DNA of 56,398 bases, the filler included, from Sphacelaria rigidula (Eukaryota): assembly GCA_964200075.2 (NCBI GenBank). It is 4 parts of 4 records of this genome, joined end to end, with 100 filler letters (N's around TTAATTAATTAA, not from the genome) between each part and the next. Parts side by side here need not be neighbours in the genome. Positions count along the whole stretch, not along the records: positions 1 to 14,026 come from CAXNAA020002504.1; 3 more parts are not named here. One strand, 5' to 3'. Positions 1 to 12,989 of the stretch are shown here, piece by piece. The notes under the pieces are model-generated. The model did not search any database. It was not told where the DNA came from and saw only the letters and a list, made by a program, of their open reading frames with translations. The position numbers were made by a program, and so were the translations under genes. Each line of letters starts with the position of its first letter. Position 1 is the stretch's first letter.

Positions 1-532
1 TTTTCCCGTTTTTTTTCGAGGTCCGGGTGCCAATGCCCCCCCCCCGAATGATGTGCGTGAACAATTCGGAGCGAGAACGGTCAAAATGGCGTGTTCGGCT
101 GTTTTCGCGTGTCTGGCCATTTTTCGTACCCTCCTTAGGCAAAAATGAGAAGGTATACCTTTTCTAGACCATTGCTCTTTTCTTCTCAAGATTCGCAAGT
201 TGCCGCTGGCACAAACAGCATGCACGTAGAACCGCGAGCTCGATCGTGTCATTGCGCAGCTAGCAAGCCCAGGAGCGTGAGCAGCCTCGCAGCACTCTGA
301 TTGCGACTAGTGCAGATATCCCCGCATGCATACGTAGCGCAGGACAGTCTTGCACTTCAGGAACGTGCCCCGTTTGACCGTTGGCAACAGACCCGCTGTG
401 AATGTATCTTAATACTCGTACAAATCCGAGCTGTTGCATTCTGCTGTTGGGTATCACGTGCAGGCGTATCTGTGAAGGCCAGCTGCGCTTGCGGTTGCCC
501 TCAACGTTTCCTTCTTTTGCCGACTATCTCAC

Positions 533-1036
533 CACAGCATCCGCGCACCATGAAAGGACCCTGTCCGCGGCGCCAAGCTTCTTCAACGCTGTCTGCCCTC
601 TACCACCGATGCCCAGGTTGTAGGACCTCTCAGGGTTACCCCACTCCGCTGAGGCTGGCGGCGGCGGCTCCTCCAACCTCTCCAACACCGTGATACGAGG
701 ATACCCTCTACGCGCCAGCATAATTGCCGTTGCAAGGCCAGCAGGGCCGCCGCCGACTACAGCTGTTGAGGTAGGCTTGCTTGATGCTGCTGAAACCGAT
801 GCTCCTATATTGTCGGGGACGGTTGTCGTTGCTGTAGCCATCTTGATGTTCTGCCTAGAAGCAGCGTGTGGGAGGGTACAGCCAACTCGGTTCTGAGTAA
901 GCGGCCGTAAGGGTGAAACAATCAACGCACTGACGAATCCATTGAAGCTGGTTAGGGCACCAGAAGCGATCACATGGCATGCGATTAATGCCAGCAACAC
1001 TGGCCTGCCCAGACTCATTCTCATTGAGAAGTACAT
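533..1036 (-). CDS. First exon of an FAD-dependent monooxygenase (kynurenine 3-monooxygenase-like), probably plastid-targeted; the rest of the gene lies off the scaffold
   Basis: Rossmann motif AVVGGGPAGLATAIMLARRGY..TVLER, then RSYNLGIGGRGQTALKKLG, which resembles KMO RSINLALSHRGRQAL. Hydrophobic N-terminus ending ..NGF-VS, followed by a Ser/Thr/Arg-rich segment. GT donor (GTG|GTGAGA) at 532. The start could be the ATG at 1036, 1024 or 1018. Confidence 0.8.
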
Positions 1037-1292
1037 ATCGTCGGCGGATATTGCGTTAACAGTTCAGGTCGCCACGGCGACAGTTCAAGCACATGACGAC
1101 ATGTTCATGCGGACCAGTCCTGTACTCGTACCAAGATTACGCCGCATTGTGAACATGGAAGGGGTGTACCTTTGTTTGGTCGTAACATTTTTCTCGTGTG
1201 TTTCCTGTCCTGTTCAGCCGCGGCGGATCATTCCAAATCAATTTCTGGCGCCGTGGGTGAGGTCTACACTGTTGTCACTTCCTCGCGGGAAA
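1037..1292. promoter_or_regulatory. Probable bidirectional promoter/5'UTR region
   Basis: About 260 bp separate the two divergent start codons. Confidence 0.5.
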
Positions 1293-1391
1293 ATGGCTAC
1301 CAGGGCGGCAGTGCTAGTAGGTATAGTCTTTTGTGCGTCGCTTCTGCTTTCTACCGTTCTTCCTACCCACAGCCACCAGATTGGGGAAGAA

Positions 1392-1426
<35 letters not shown>

Positions 1427-1481
1427 CTCTAGAGACGGCGGGGTCGGTCTTGGTGTGTCGGTGGCTCACCCTGACACACAG
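1293..1481 (+). CDS. ABHD14-like alpha/beta hydrolase, exon 1 (signal peptide/anchor plus poly-Q)
   Basis: ATG at 1293 (MATRAAVLVGIVFCASLLLSTVL...QQQQQQQQ...HPDTQ). Donor CAG|GTACGG at 1482, phase 0, matching the phase-0 acceptor at 7713. The link across the 6.2-kb intron is inferred from phase only. Confidence 0.65.
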
Positions 1482-3606
1482 GTACGGGCAGAGGCAGCAT
1501 CATGTCCGATCGCACAGCTCGCAGAACCCACGGTGCGTTCATTCGCTGCCTGTATTTTTAGTCCCGGTGCTGTTTCTCTGTGTGCCTTATGCCAATTTCA
1601 ATACTTCGAAGTACATGCTTGTAGTATCTGGAACAGACCAGAGAAGGTACACCTCATTATTTTCGGTTGTGCTTCAGTGTTTATGGTCTACGAGGGTTTC
1701 CTCGCGGCGTGAAGAAGACGTGAATGATCGGGAGGAACAAGCTTTGTTACCCCCTTCTGCTCATTCCACGTTGTACTGCAAGAAAAGCGGACGAAGACGG
1801 GCAGATGGTGTGTGGCAGCGCTGCATCTTTTCTCGGCCAGTCCGGCAGTACCTTCTGCTGTCCCGAGGTACACTTTGTCCTTCTCCACTTTCGTCGGTCG
1901 TCAACTTCAGGCAGGCTTTCCCCCCCCCCCCGCACCCCACCCTGCCCTTGAAGGCCCTCGATAATGAAGAAAATGGTTTGAAGTCTGGCAAGAGCTGGCA
2001 TACTCTCAGTCCAAGCCCCACAACTCACTGATAGGATCAGGGGTAGGTACGAAAGTAGAAAGTTGTGAAATAAAGCAGGGTTCGAATCACAGCCTCATGT
2101 AAGAGGAGGTTAATGAGAAGCATGGCAAAATCCTCGCACAAAACATATTTTTGGCGTTGTGAATAACCATTCACAGGGCGGTGGAAAACCACCATGAAAT
2201 TGGCATTAAAGTCTTTGCAGCAGGTTAGGGGGCGACCTTTTCTCACACCCTCCTGTAACCTGATCCCATTAAGGTGCGGCGCGGCCTCCAGATAATTCCA
2301 AAGAAGCCAGGGCTCCCCTCGGAACCAGTTTTCGGGACATGATCATGGTATAGGAGTATGGTACTTGACATCCGTGGTATCACTATGGTACGTAGAGTAT
2401 GGCATTCTATCATCTTGGAACCTACGGTACATAAAGACCTGGTTTTCCGAAAAGCACGGTATGGACGGTACGGGGCTAAACGAATGTGCCACCTTCGCGG
2501 TATAGTGTAAACATCGCGGGAACTACGGGAATCTGAAACCACAGTACCCTGCCATGGGGAATAGAGTAATTGGTATCCTGCACATGTGTGTTCATGTGCC
2601 CGTTTACAATTTCGACCACCGCATGTTTTGCGACCCCGACAGTGATCGTGCAGACACAAGAAAGGAACTCTGAACAAATGGCGAAAATCAAGCATGATGC
2701 GAAATCAGGCAAATATCCATGCCATTGTAATCCAATAATCGAATCACAAATCTCGAATTACGAGCATTAATCCGCTGTACAGGGCAGCAGGAAGCGCAAG
2801 TAAACCCACCGGCGATTTCAACACAACGAGGAAACAACGAAATATGGGGAGGGCGACACAACCGAAGCAAGTAACACGACAACCGAGACAACACAGAAGT
2901 TGTGGATATCTAAAAATATAAAAATATCAGTGTATTTGTGTCAACCCAGATAAGTCACTTTTTTCCAGATCCTGAACAATCTTCTACTCTTCACAGTTGG
3001 CCTGAATGGCGCACTGTACAGCCGGTGTACCCCGAACAACGGTTAAAGCCCTCACTCGTGGGAGCATCATGCCGTGTTTAGTTCGTAAATCCGACAACAT
3101 CCGGTGAAGTTAAACCAGTCTCGTCGAAATCGATCAGTTAACAAAATCGGCGCCTGTTTCTTTACAAGTCCGCCATGATTATGTTACAGAAAGCTCGGTT
3201 GGGCACACCTGGGCTGAAGAATAAGCACGATATGTTGTTCCCATAAGTAAGGTCTTCAACCGTTACCCGGGGTGCATCGGCATGACAGTCCGCCATCTAG
3301 GCCAACTGTAGAGACTAAAAAATGGTCCAGGATCTGAGAAAAGGTCTCGATGTGGTTTTACGCGAATTCACTGTGGATGTCAAACAAGCTTATCCAAGTA
3401 ATAAACAACAGCTTGCCCAAGCGCTGTCTGCTCTGCTTTCAGGAAAAACTATTGTGTAAAAGTCCCACCATGGTCGGTTGTTATGGATTTGGGCTTTGAG
3501 CAGAAAGGCTGGCAAGCGGCTGGGACCTTGAAGATCTCTGATGGGACCATGGCTGGACTATGCAGCACACAATCTGGGTGGAGATGGCCTGAACTGTATA
3601 CTTATA

Positions 3607-4220
3607 CTTCCTCTGTCACATGAGTTAGGACCGAATTTTTCACAGACGTCCTTAACGGTCTCCGATGCTGTTTTCGTTTATTTTATTGAATTCCTTGGCG
3701 TTTTTTAGTGTCATGCAATATTTGTTTTTTTTCAATTCGCATCACTCCAGGTGGAGTAGCGGCCGGAAAAAAAGAAGTCGGCCCAAAAAAGGCCGTTTTT
3801 TAGCCCTTTTCCAGGAACAAAAAAGTGCCGAAAAAGGAAAAAAAACATGGGAAAAAAAAAATCGTTCATCACCCTCTCCATCACTCGTGCTTCATGCCAG
3901 ATAGTCCCAAGCCTTTGTGAAGGCCTCTTTGTCGTACTTGACTGTCCTTCCCAACGTTCCCGCCCTCTGCCGCGCGGATACCCTGGTGTGCTCTACACTA
4001 CAGTAAATTCATTATCTCGAAATGTAGCCAAAATTGGACAATTATGGGGACTTTTTGGCCCATACTTTGAGATGTAACAAAATCGTAAATCTTTTTTTTT
4101 TGCATCAGTTAGCTGTAAAAAATATCTTTCCGATGAAACTAATTATAGCATCGTAGGCGCCTTCGTTGAAAAGATACGATCTGCGGCGAAATTCGGTCGT
4201 AACTTATGTGACAGAGGAAG
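3607..4220. mobile_element. Tc1/mariner (Stowaway-like) MITE in ABHD14 intron 1
   Basis: TA-CTTCCTCTGTCACATGAGTTAGGACCGAATTT ... AAATTCGGTCGTAACTTATGTGACAGAGGAAG-TA: about 30-bp TIRs and a TA duplication. A related left end starts at 5205. Confidence 0.85.
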
Positions 4221-5659
4221 TACCGGAACAGCGACGTGGGTATGCAGGTTAAAAACTCGTTGACGGCAACATGGCATAGCAGTTACGTCGCACTGCCTCT
4301 TGTTCGCTTACCCACGCCAGCTGGGCCTCGTGTCACGACTCATGGTGATTTTCTCCTGAGGAACGCTCGTTCTGTCAGCCGATATTCGATCGTCGAGCCA
4401 GTGAGCTTGCTATGTTGCTCTTGGTAAGATCGTAGCCCGCATAGATGAGTCATGATCCTCGCATGAAGTTCAGGATATATAAACTTACCCATGTATGGCC
4501 TACCGAGCCACTTCCATGTCTAACCCTAGTACGCAACTATGACGTACCCACGTCTAGATGCAGGCCATTCCCGTGAGGTTTTCGGCGGCAAAGCCAAAAG
4601 CAGAATTAATTCCTGCAAATTACACATCTCCACCTTGTTTTTTACCCTCAATGTTGTTAAACGCACGATTTTTTACGTAAGCTACACCTGATATGGACTA
4701 TTGGTGTGTAGCATGACCATGCACATGCACAAGGGCGACGTGAGTTATTTTCGATCGCTTTCCGGAAGCAGCTAGAACGGGAAATGATGAACGGCTTTGT
4801 ACATTCTGCGCCATTGCCGCGATGGCTTTGGCGATGTATTCATCACCCTGCTGTGCGCTCTACTTGGTACGTGGTCACCATCGGGTGAGAAGTGTTCGAA
4901 GGGATAGGTCCAGAATGTTTGTATGGGTGTATGTCAGCAGCCACGTCGTTACCTGCTTTCTGCAGCTTGTTTTAGGGTCGACCGTGCTTCGATTTCGGGG
5001 GGAAAGTTGTAAAACGAGCGTGACACAAAACGGGCAACACTGCTGGGTCGCGATGTACCAATTGTAGTGACTTTCGTGGATTTTTCCGGCCTCGATGTAC
5101 CTGTTTTCTGTTATCACATACCTTTCCTGGTCAAGTGGGCACAATATGTGCAACTGTGAACCTCGCTGACTACTGTTCACCGCAGTGGCGACAAATACGG
5201 GATACTTCCTCTGTCTCATCGTGAGTCTATGTAGTTATTTTTGTACGAGCCCTTAACGATGTCCGATTTGATTTTCAAATTTTGGTTTCATTCGTAGGCG
5301 TTTTTCGAGCTAGAAACAACACTCGTTTTACAACGTGGGTGCTTGACCCGTGCAGCATCGCGGCCGAGAGAAAGTAGATCGGTCAAAATATGGCCATTTT
5401 TCGCTCTTTTTCCCAGTAAAGCATAGGAGACCCGGAAATCCAGGAAATTTGTGAAAAAAAAATGTGAAACCCCCAAAACCACCCCTGATTTGGATGTCTC
5501 CGTGACGATAACCTACGCACGCCACATCCAACAAATTTCCAGCATGTACGCACAGTACAGGTGTGGAAGGCAGAGCAATGGTCTTGCTATACACAAGCAA
5601 CCACAACGGGTCGTACAGCCATGCACGTTTGACCGTTTGCTGTACTGCATTGTACTCTT

Positions 5660-6410
5660 TTTGTTCTTCTCTAGCCCAACTCCTCCCTTTCCTCGTGACG
5701 AGTCTGTGGTCTCGAGAGGGACCAACCCATCTCTCCTCCGGCACGCGCCTTATATTTCGAAATCGCGGATAATTTTAGTCCTCCCGCATCATTTCGACTG
5801 CCGTATAACACTCTCGGCCAAACATACTCTATTTTTGCTAATCATGTCTTGACGCTTTCAACGACAAAAATCGTATACGAAAATAAAAACCTGGAAAAGT
5901 GTCTTTTTGGGGCGTTCACGTCGTTTTACGCCCCAAAAGAGAGCTAAGCGGAGTTTGACACCTTGGAATGACTTGCTCTACCAGTTGGGGCGGTTCCAGG
6001 ACATCTTCCCGTTTTCCGGTGGCCGCAGTTTTCATTTTGGTCGAACAAGAATTCCTCTCCAAGAATGGTGAAAAAACAGTCGAGTCCAAAGAAAAGTGGT
6101 GATTTTTTTAGATTTGACTGTTTTTTACCGTTCTTGGAGAGAGAGCCTTGTTTGGCCAAAATGAAAACTGTGGCCGCCGGGAAGATGTCCTGGAACCGCC
6201 TCAACAAGTGAAGCAAGTCATTCCAAGGTGTCAAACTCCGCCTAGCTCTCTTTTGGAGCGTAAAATGACGTGAAAGCTCCAACAAGGCAGTTTTTCTAGA
6301 TTTTTATTTTCGTCTGTTATAAGGAGCGGACTTATGGCAGGAATGGAATCCGCGTTTTTCCCGCCCCAGAGGTGTCAGTTCTACTATTCGACCACCGCGG
6401 CGCGCCGTAC
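5660..6410 (-). mobile_element. tRNA-derived SINE copy, interrupted by a foldback element
   Basis: Degenerate tRNA-like head at about 6338-6410 (rc GCGCCGCGGTGGTCGAATAG...GGATTCCATTCC). Body at 5680-5800 matches 37670-37800 and 39100-39234. Confidence 0.65.
5877..6313. mobile_element. Foldback (near-palindromic) MITE
   Basis: Inverted arms of about 210 bp (e.g. GCGGAGTTTGACACCTTGGAATGACTTGCT / AGCAAGTCATTCCAAGGTGTCAAACTCCGC) around a short loop near 6098. Confidence 0.85.
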
Positions 6411-7453
6411 CTCACAGTCACAAGGGGTTGCCCGTGCAGACAGCAGATGTACAGTGGTTCTGTACACCATCATGGACCGAGTATATCAATCGCAAGCACA
6501 CTGCGTGTGCGCACGTCCTATTTTTCGCGCGCTCTCCACACTATCGGATGGGTTTTAGTGACGTCCGTCAGTCATCACCAAATATATATATATATGTTCT
6601 CACCCCTGAGCACTGTTCTCATCCCTGAGTATTTTTCTCACCCCCTGAGCATGCCGGAACTCGTGCTGCACAAAACAAAACCGTTTCAATATTTCATTTC
6701 CGGGGCGATTGTCTCGGGCACTCGCATAATGTAGCATGTAACAGGTTTATAAGCAGTTTCGGAACGGTTTGCCGAACGTTTGGTGAGAAAGGTGCGCTTA
6801 CTCATGTCATTTGAAAGTATTTTTCAGCAACGCGATAGTGCGTATGCACTTCTGTTCTAAAAACGGGGATACCAAGCATCGATAGTGCACTAGCGTATAC
6901 TTCATGTACGGATCTTCAAGTTGTACTTGAGATACAGTACATATTTTGGCTTTGATTTACAAGCTGGAGCGGGTGGTGGTTGTCTCCGGTCTTACTTGGT
7001 GTGGTACTTCTTTTACTGATACCTGGCATCATGTAAGATAAATGCAACATCCGTGCGAACACTCAGCTCACCTGTAGGTGCAGGACAGTGTATAGAGCGT
7101 TGAGCGTAAATTACCAACCGGTTTGATTATACGCATACCTCCGAGCACAACATGCGTGGCCATACCAACCCTAGTTCTTACAATGGCAGTCCCTTTTTTT
7201 TTCTTGAAGGAAGGATGATATCTCGCTCAAGACTCACCCCGCAAGCGGTTTCGTGTGCCGATTACCCGGAGGCTCGGCTAGACCACCTCGCGGCAGTCAT
7301 TTGGGTTAGGCGCCTCGAGCGTTCGGAAGCTTTGCTCAAGTCAAGTGTAGAGGTTGAACCCACTAAACCCCCAGTCAACTTGGCGAAGTGCACGCACCGC
7401 CCTACTCTTCTGAGCTTCAGCCCTAGGTTACAATGGTAGTGTGCATCCCCGCC

Positions 7454-7592
7454 CTCGCCGAACACATCACGGCGCTTCGCGCTTGGTGATTGATTGTGAG
7501 CCTGGTCCTGCGAAACCCGGCGTGCTCCGTTCCGGCGTTGTAGGGTTGCGAGGTCAATGGTCATATGACTACAGCATTCAAGATCATGAGTA
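7454..7592 (+). mobile_element. 5'-truncated copy of the GAGTA-ended retroposon family
   Basis: Ends GGTCAATGGTCATATGACTACAGCATTCAAGATCATGAGTA. Flanked by CATCCCCGCC (7444-7453) and CACCCCGCC (7593-7601). Confidence 0.8.
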
Positions 7593-7712
7593 CACCCCGC
7601 CGCCGCCGCCGTCGCCCCGCGCACCCGGTGCGTCCACCTGAACTCATAGCTCATGCTAGCCCCCACTGCCCGTGTATACATGATATATGTGTGTCTTGCA
7701 CAATACTCGCAG

Positions 7713-7921
7713 ATAGGGTCCATTGACGTTAGCGGGAACACTGTGTGGTTCATGGGCACAGCCGGCGATTCTCCGTCCAGCGTGGTGCCTGGAGCGCGGA
7801 ATGTCCTCCTCTTGCACGGCGCCAGGTTCAGCGCCCGCAACTGGGATGACATTGGCACCCTTGAGCTTTTGGCCGAGAAGGGTTATCGGGTGGTGGCGGT
7901 GGATCTCCCTGTCCACGTCAA
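7713..7921 (+). CDS. ABHD14-like alpha/beta hydrolase, exon 2
   Basis: Acceptor ..CTCGCAG|ATAGGG. Encodes VLLLHGARFSARNWDDIGTLELLAEKGYRVVAVDLP, typical of ABHD14A/B. Donor AA|GTGCGT, phase 2. Confidence 0.88.
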
Positions 7922-8298
7922 GTGCGTCGACGGAATGCTCTTGTCTGCTCGTGATAACTTGTAGCGTCTGCATGTCGTGCTCCGTGTATTCGAACACCTC
8001 CTCGATGTGGTGCTCGTTCGTGCTGTCATTGATACTGCTGTTTCTATGTGTCCAGACAGAAAAGGCGCCCGAAATACATACGTACCGAAAATGCGCAGCT
8101 GATGTTGATCCCCAGTTCTTCTTACATGAGAAATGGTACATTTTTGAGCACGCTTTCTGCCCTGTTGAATTGTATCTCAAGTAACGCATTCCGCCTGGCG
8201 CCCACTACGTTGTGCATATTTATTCATGTGTTTCGTCAACTTGTTTACCGTGGGCCGTGTACATGCCATGAGCTGCTCCTCTTTGCCTCCTCTTGCAG

Positions 8299-8695
8299 AG
8301 AACCGTCACGAGATGAGCTGCTGGAAAATATATGCAGAGGGCTCGGGATGACCGAGGATAATCCTGCGGTGATCGTGTCCCCGTCGATGAGCGGATCGTT
8401 TTCGATCCCCCTCCTGCTCCGAAAACCCACTCTGTTCAAGGGCTTCGTTCCAGTGGCCCCGCCGAACGCACTAAACTACCAGCTCGCGGATTTTGAGAAC
8501 GTGAAGAACGTTCCGGCCCTTGTCGTTTACGGGGAAAACGATCATATGGGAACCAAGGTATCTAATTTGCTCAACGCGATCCCGGGCTCGGAGATGGTGA
8601 TGATCGAAGACGCGGGGCACCCGGCGTATCTTGATGACCCCATGCGCTTCCACGCAGAGCTAGTGAAGTTTCTGGAGTTCGTATTCCGGGAGTGA
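8299..8695 (+). CDS. ABHD14-like alpha/beta hydrolase, exon 3 (terminal)
   Basis: Acceptor TCTTGCAG|A, phase 2, matching exon 2. Nucleophile motif VIVSPSMSG, acid VVYGEND, histidine AGHPAYLDDP. TGA ends at 8695. Confidence 0.9.
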
Positions 8696-10621
8696 GTTGA
8701 GTTTGGCCTCCGGTATGACCCCCGTTGAGTGGCTTTTACTCTGCTGTTTTTTTTTGTAATTCAGTACTCTTGTATGCTTTGTAGTGATGGTGAGATGGCG
8801 AACGCACGGCAGCGACCTTGCTCATCTGTGTCGTACAGCTAGCTAGCTAGAGATGATACTAGAACGGGCGTGCAGTTCATTAGAGGTGTAAGTATACATC
8901 GACAAAAATATGGATGCATGCATGTATGTAGGTAGGTATTGGCTGGTGAATGTGGGGGTTGACGACGACCGTGTGGGCCTTCGTATGAAGGTTTTGGTGA
9001 AATTGATTCTAATTGGTATGCCAGCATGTTCGTTGGCTGTGGCGTTTCCTACCGAGAACGGTGAGGGTCCGGCACGGGAATCCAGAACTTGGCGGAGGGG
9101 GTCGTTGTGTCACACACGGGCTCACAAATGTGCCTGCGGGGCGACTGTGTTGGTCGGTTTCGAACGGGCGCACCTGGTGACGCACAAGAGTTCAGAGATG
9201 GCAATGCTGCTGAGTGGATCGTCGCAGAGCATAGTGGAGTAAAATGTACAAAAGTGTTGTGGGATAATGATTTGAAAAAACACCTACGCTCATGACAACA
9301 AGCGAAAGGTTTGTGTCCGTGTCACGTGTCGGCCGAGGAATATGATCACCTTTCCCGCTGTATCACGACCTCAACAGCGGTGGTTTGAGGGCTGCTCGTG
9401 AACAAAAACTGCGTTTCAAAGTGATTTGGGGAGTCAATGCGTACAATAGAATATCGTTAGTCTGTGCTGCTGAGCGAGTTGACGCCCTTTGACGCCGAAG
9501 GTATCTCAAGCGGATTCATGTCGCATTGATCAGCAGAGTGTCACACAGATCAAATAATGTTTTCATGAGATGAAGACTAGAGGAGAGCATAGAGAGTGAA
9601 GAGCTGTCAATTAGCGAATGAATCGTTTAAGTTCCGAAATGCCCCTCCACGAGGCGCGATATGCGTTCTCTAGTAGCGTGCCACTGAGGCCCTTGATGTC
9701 CCTGAGTAGGATATTGACGTGTAGCTGTGAGCACACGCCAATGACGGAGGCAAAGAAAGGCACACACAAAATGAAAAATTGGCCAAATTAAGGCGAATGA
9801 TCAGAGCCTCGTTCAATCAGCGCTCTACCCTCAATCTCACGAAAACGCTATCAATGCTGGAAACAATTCATCTGTTGATGGTCCAGGATGCGCATGTCAA
9901 CCAGAGAAGTTCTCATTTGGCCGATCCAGGGCATTTGATGAGTGGATCCTCACTTTTTTTCCTGGACTCACATCTGGAACGTTCGTAAGACACACTTGTG
10001 TTCGACAACATTCGTCTGTCGTTCTAAATGCGCCCTTCCCCAGATCAGGCGTTCACTGCGCGTGTTCGGACGTGTGTAAGAAGATCGTGCTGAAGTGTAT
10101 CTCGACACTTTCAGTCCTCAAACATTCAACGTTTCACTCGTAGTATACATCCGTGTGAACTGGCCAGTCTGCGAAGGACCTGAAGACGAACAACGTGCAT
10201 GGACTGTCGTGTGATCGTTCCGTCATGTTGTATATCGTCGAGAAATTTTGTATCTGCTGCCGGACGCTGTGACTCAGCATCGTACTTCCACCAGTCGACA
10301 CCAATCGCTACTAGAGCGCATGATGATCTGTTTCATCAAACTCGTCCTGACAGCGCCGGTCACCATGATCATGAGGACGAAACCAGCACAAGATACCAAA
10401 AAATGTCATCAGAAGATTTGGGCTCTTGGTAGCCCGCACAAGACGTCCTGCGCCGAAGCCATGTGGCAGAGGCCGACCATTTCTCTTCTTCCTTTCTCTT
10501 TCTATTTGCTTGTTTTTCTTTTCTCAATCTACTCTGCTGTGTTTTACTCTTCTGTTTTGTTTTTTTCTTGAGCGAGTGTTGAGTTTTGTTTCATCTCGGG
10601 TACGTCCATCATGTGACAACG

Positions 10622-10881
10622 GAATGATGCTACGGTGGTAGGGGTACACGAATATTTCTTGAGGTAAGAATTGTTAGGCGCCCCTATTCTCATCCAAAAC
10701 ACGACCTATCAAATTATGCGAAAGTACGCCAGGATTACTATTCCAACGTGCTGGGGATCTCCCGAATGAATCTGCAAACGGGGATGCCCTGATCCATATT
10801 CTTGTGCATCTAGAATCGTTAGGAGTCCCTGGTCCAGACAAAATTTCGCGAAAGAAGTGCACCCCTACCGTAGCATTGCTC
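10622..10881. mobile_element. MITE with GAG...CTC-type termini (Sola-like), degenerate copy
   Basis: GAATGATGCTACGG...CCCCTACCGTAGCATTGCTC, flanked by AACG/CACG. Same family as 38117 and 39235. Confidence 0.75.
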
Positions 10882-12074
10882 CACGACTGGATCCCTGGGG
10901 GGTCATTTAAAGCGCGACAATAAATCAAAATCAATCGATCACCTGTAGAATAAGTCGTCCTCTTGGATCGAACATTGGGCACTGCCGAGTAGTACGCATC
11001 ATCGGTGGCAGCTATTGCTACGGCTTTTTTATAGCGAAACCAGTCTCAAAACACAGCTATTATAGTTGTAAGTGAATTTCGGAATGTCATAGTTGCCCAA
11101 TCCTTCTCCCGAAGCTCCTCGCACGATGTTGCAAAAATGCTTGGCGTGTGAGAAGTATATGCTGCGTTGATTACCAGCGCCACACGTGCGGGACCAACAT
11201 ATATCCGTGCCTTCGAAAAAAACGCAATGACCACCATTAACTAGTCGTCGTTTCGAGGCAGATTTTTTCCATCTGCCCGCAATCAATCGCTAAGCACTTA
11301 GAACGAGGATGAGGGTTTGCAGAAGCCAGCACGAAGTCACCAATAAGATGAAAAAAAAAACGCACGATAGTTTTACTGAAAGTCGCACCACAAACGAGTA
11401 GACTCCATCGCCTTGTCTACGGTGGGTACAGACAGTACACACCCCGTCTCCTCGCGCGCATTATTTCTACTTGAGCCTCTCGTCCGTGTTTTCGAAGTGG
11501 CGATGGTCGAGGATCTGAAAAAAACTGGCTCATCAAAACCTAAACCCACCACCACGCATGCCCTGTCAAACTCATGAATGCCATACGCATCGCAAATGGG
11601 ACCCAAACAACAAGCGTGTGATCATACTCTTGGAAAAAATCGAGCATCGAAAGCATCCATCGGCCTTCGACGGTGCTGCCATAAAACCCCTCACGTCAAT
11701 GCGAGCTATGTGTATCTTTAACCCCCCCTTCATGCGGACGGACCGCTCGAACGCCCAACGTTACTTTTCCCCCATTTCCCCGTTTCATTTTTCAGCACGT
11801 AATAACGCTGTCAACTATACAGGCGTCAAAAAATTCCCTTAAGTTCTGCAAGCGGTGCACATTCTACGCAATACTGTTTCAACTCAACCCTCCTCGTTTC
11901 CGTGACTTTCGTCTCTCTCGATATTGCAATGGGGGTAGCCACCACACTGCGCATGGTACCCTACAACTCAATTATTCCACAGCAGCAGCTGCTACTGTAC
12001 TCTGTAGTGGGGGAGCTAACACGCGCACACAGACCTACACTCTTGGACGTCCGTCCAACCCCACTTTTGTCCCT

Positions 12075-12128
12075 TCACACTTTCTTCCCGTGCAGCCATA
12101 CGGGCTTCTGAAGAGAGCCAATCAGGTC
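12075..12128 (-). CDS. HAD-like hydrolase, terminal exon
   Basis: Acceptor ..GACTCGTAG|GAC, phase 0. Encodes DLIGSLQKPVWLHGKKV-stop and continues the FPE| phase-0 donor at 12990. Confidence 0.6.
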   Translation of the reverse strand, partial: DLIGSLQKPVWLHGKKV

Positions 12129-12490
12129 CTACGAGTCGGCGGTGGATGGCGAGAGCAGCGAGGTAGGGGCGGGGGGGGGACCAAATACGTTGAGGCGTAG
12201 GTGATCATTGTTTGGAACGCTGACTGTATGGTCACGCCGTCCATCGCTCAGCTGGTATAAGCGCATTCAAGCGGTAGGTGGCGAGCGGGGGTATACACGG
12301 CGTGATTATGATGGGTGACCCATGCCATGCGACCCATGTTCAAAACGGCGACAACGGCAAATAGAATGGCGTGCGACATGAGGGAAAGCGTGTGTATGTG
12401 CCGCAGAACAAACAGGGGAGCGGGCAGGCACACACACGCATACACACACACACACACACACACACACTCATGCTCATGCTCATGCTCACG

Positions 12491-12920
12491 ACAGGGGATC
12501 CCGAAAAATGAGGCTGGGCTAAAAAATGAGGTTCACCTCCAAAACAGTGCCTTCCCATACCTGAAGTCATGATAAAATGACTTTCATGTGGACAACCTCA
12601 TCCCCCCCCCCGACCTCCCTGAAACTACTTTTGGAGGTTTCCCGTCTTCCATTCCCTCAAAGGGTATGCGCGACAGCACTTTCTCGCTTCGATTTGGGGT
12701 GGAAAAAGGGACGTTTCTTGGCCGGAAAATGGCGCTTGCTTTCCCGCATACCCTCTGGGGGAACGGAAGACGGGAAACCCTCCAAAATAGTTTTAGGGGG
12801 GTCGGAGGGGATGAGGTCGTCCACATGGAAGTCATTTGTCATGACTTTAGGTCAGGGAAAGTAGTGTTTTCGAGGTGAACCTCGTTTTCATGTTCAACCC
12901 CCTGTCTCAGGATCCTCTGT
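12491..12920. mobile_element. Foldback MITE in the HAD intron, 4-bp TSD CACG
   Basis: CACG-ACAGGGGATCC ... GGATCCTCTGT-CACG with long inverted arms (ATGAGGTTCACCTC / GAGGTGAACCTCGT). Inserted in a CA-repeat region. Confidence 0.85.
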
Positions 12921-12989
12921 CACGCACGAACACATGCACGCACCCACTCTCTCTCCCTCTCCCTCTGTCAGACACACACACACACACAC

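Noticed and set aside
942-1292. N-terminal part of the 256-aa ORF 942-1712 and most other short six-frame ORFs
   Set aside because: These are antisense, UTR, intron or palindromic-repeat read-throughs with no protein-like motifs.
6597-6652. Three 19-20 bp repeats of TCTCACCCCTGAG
   Set aside because: Simple minisatellite without unique spacers. It is not a CRISPR array, and the context is eukaryotic.
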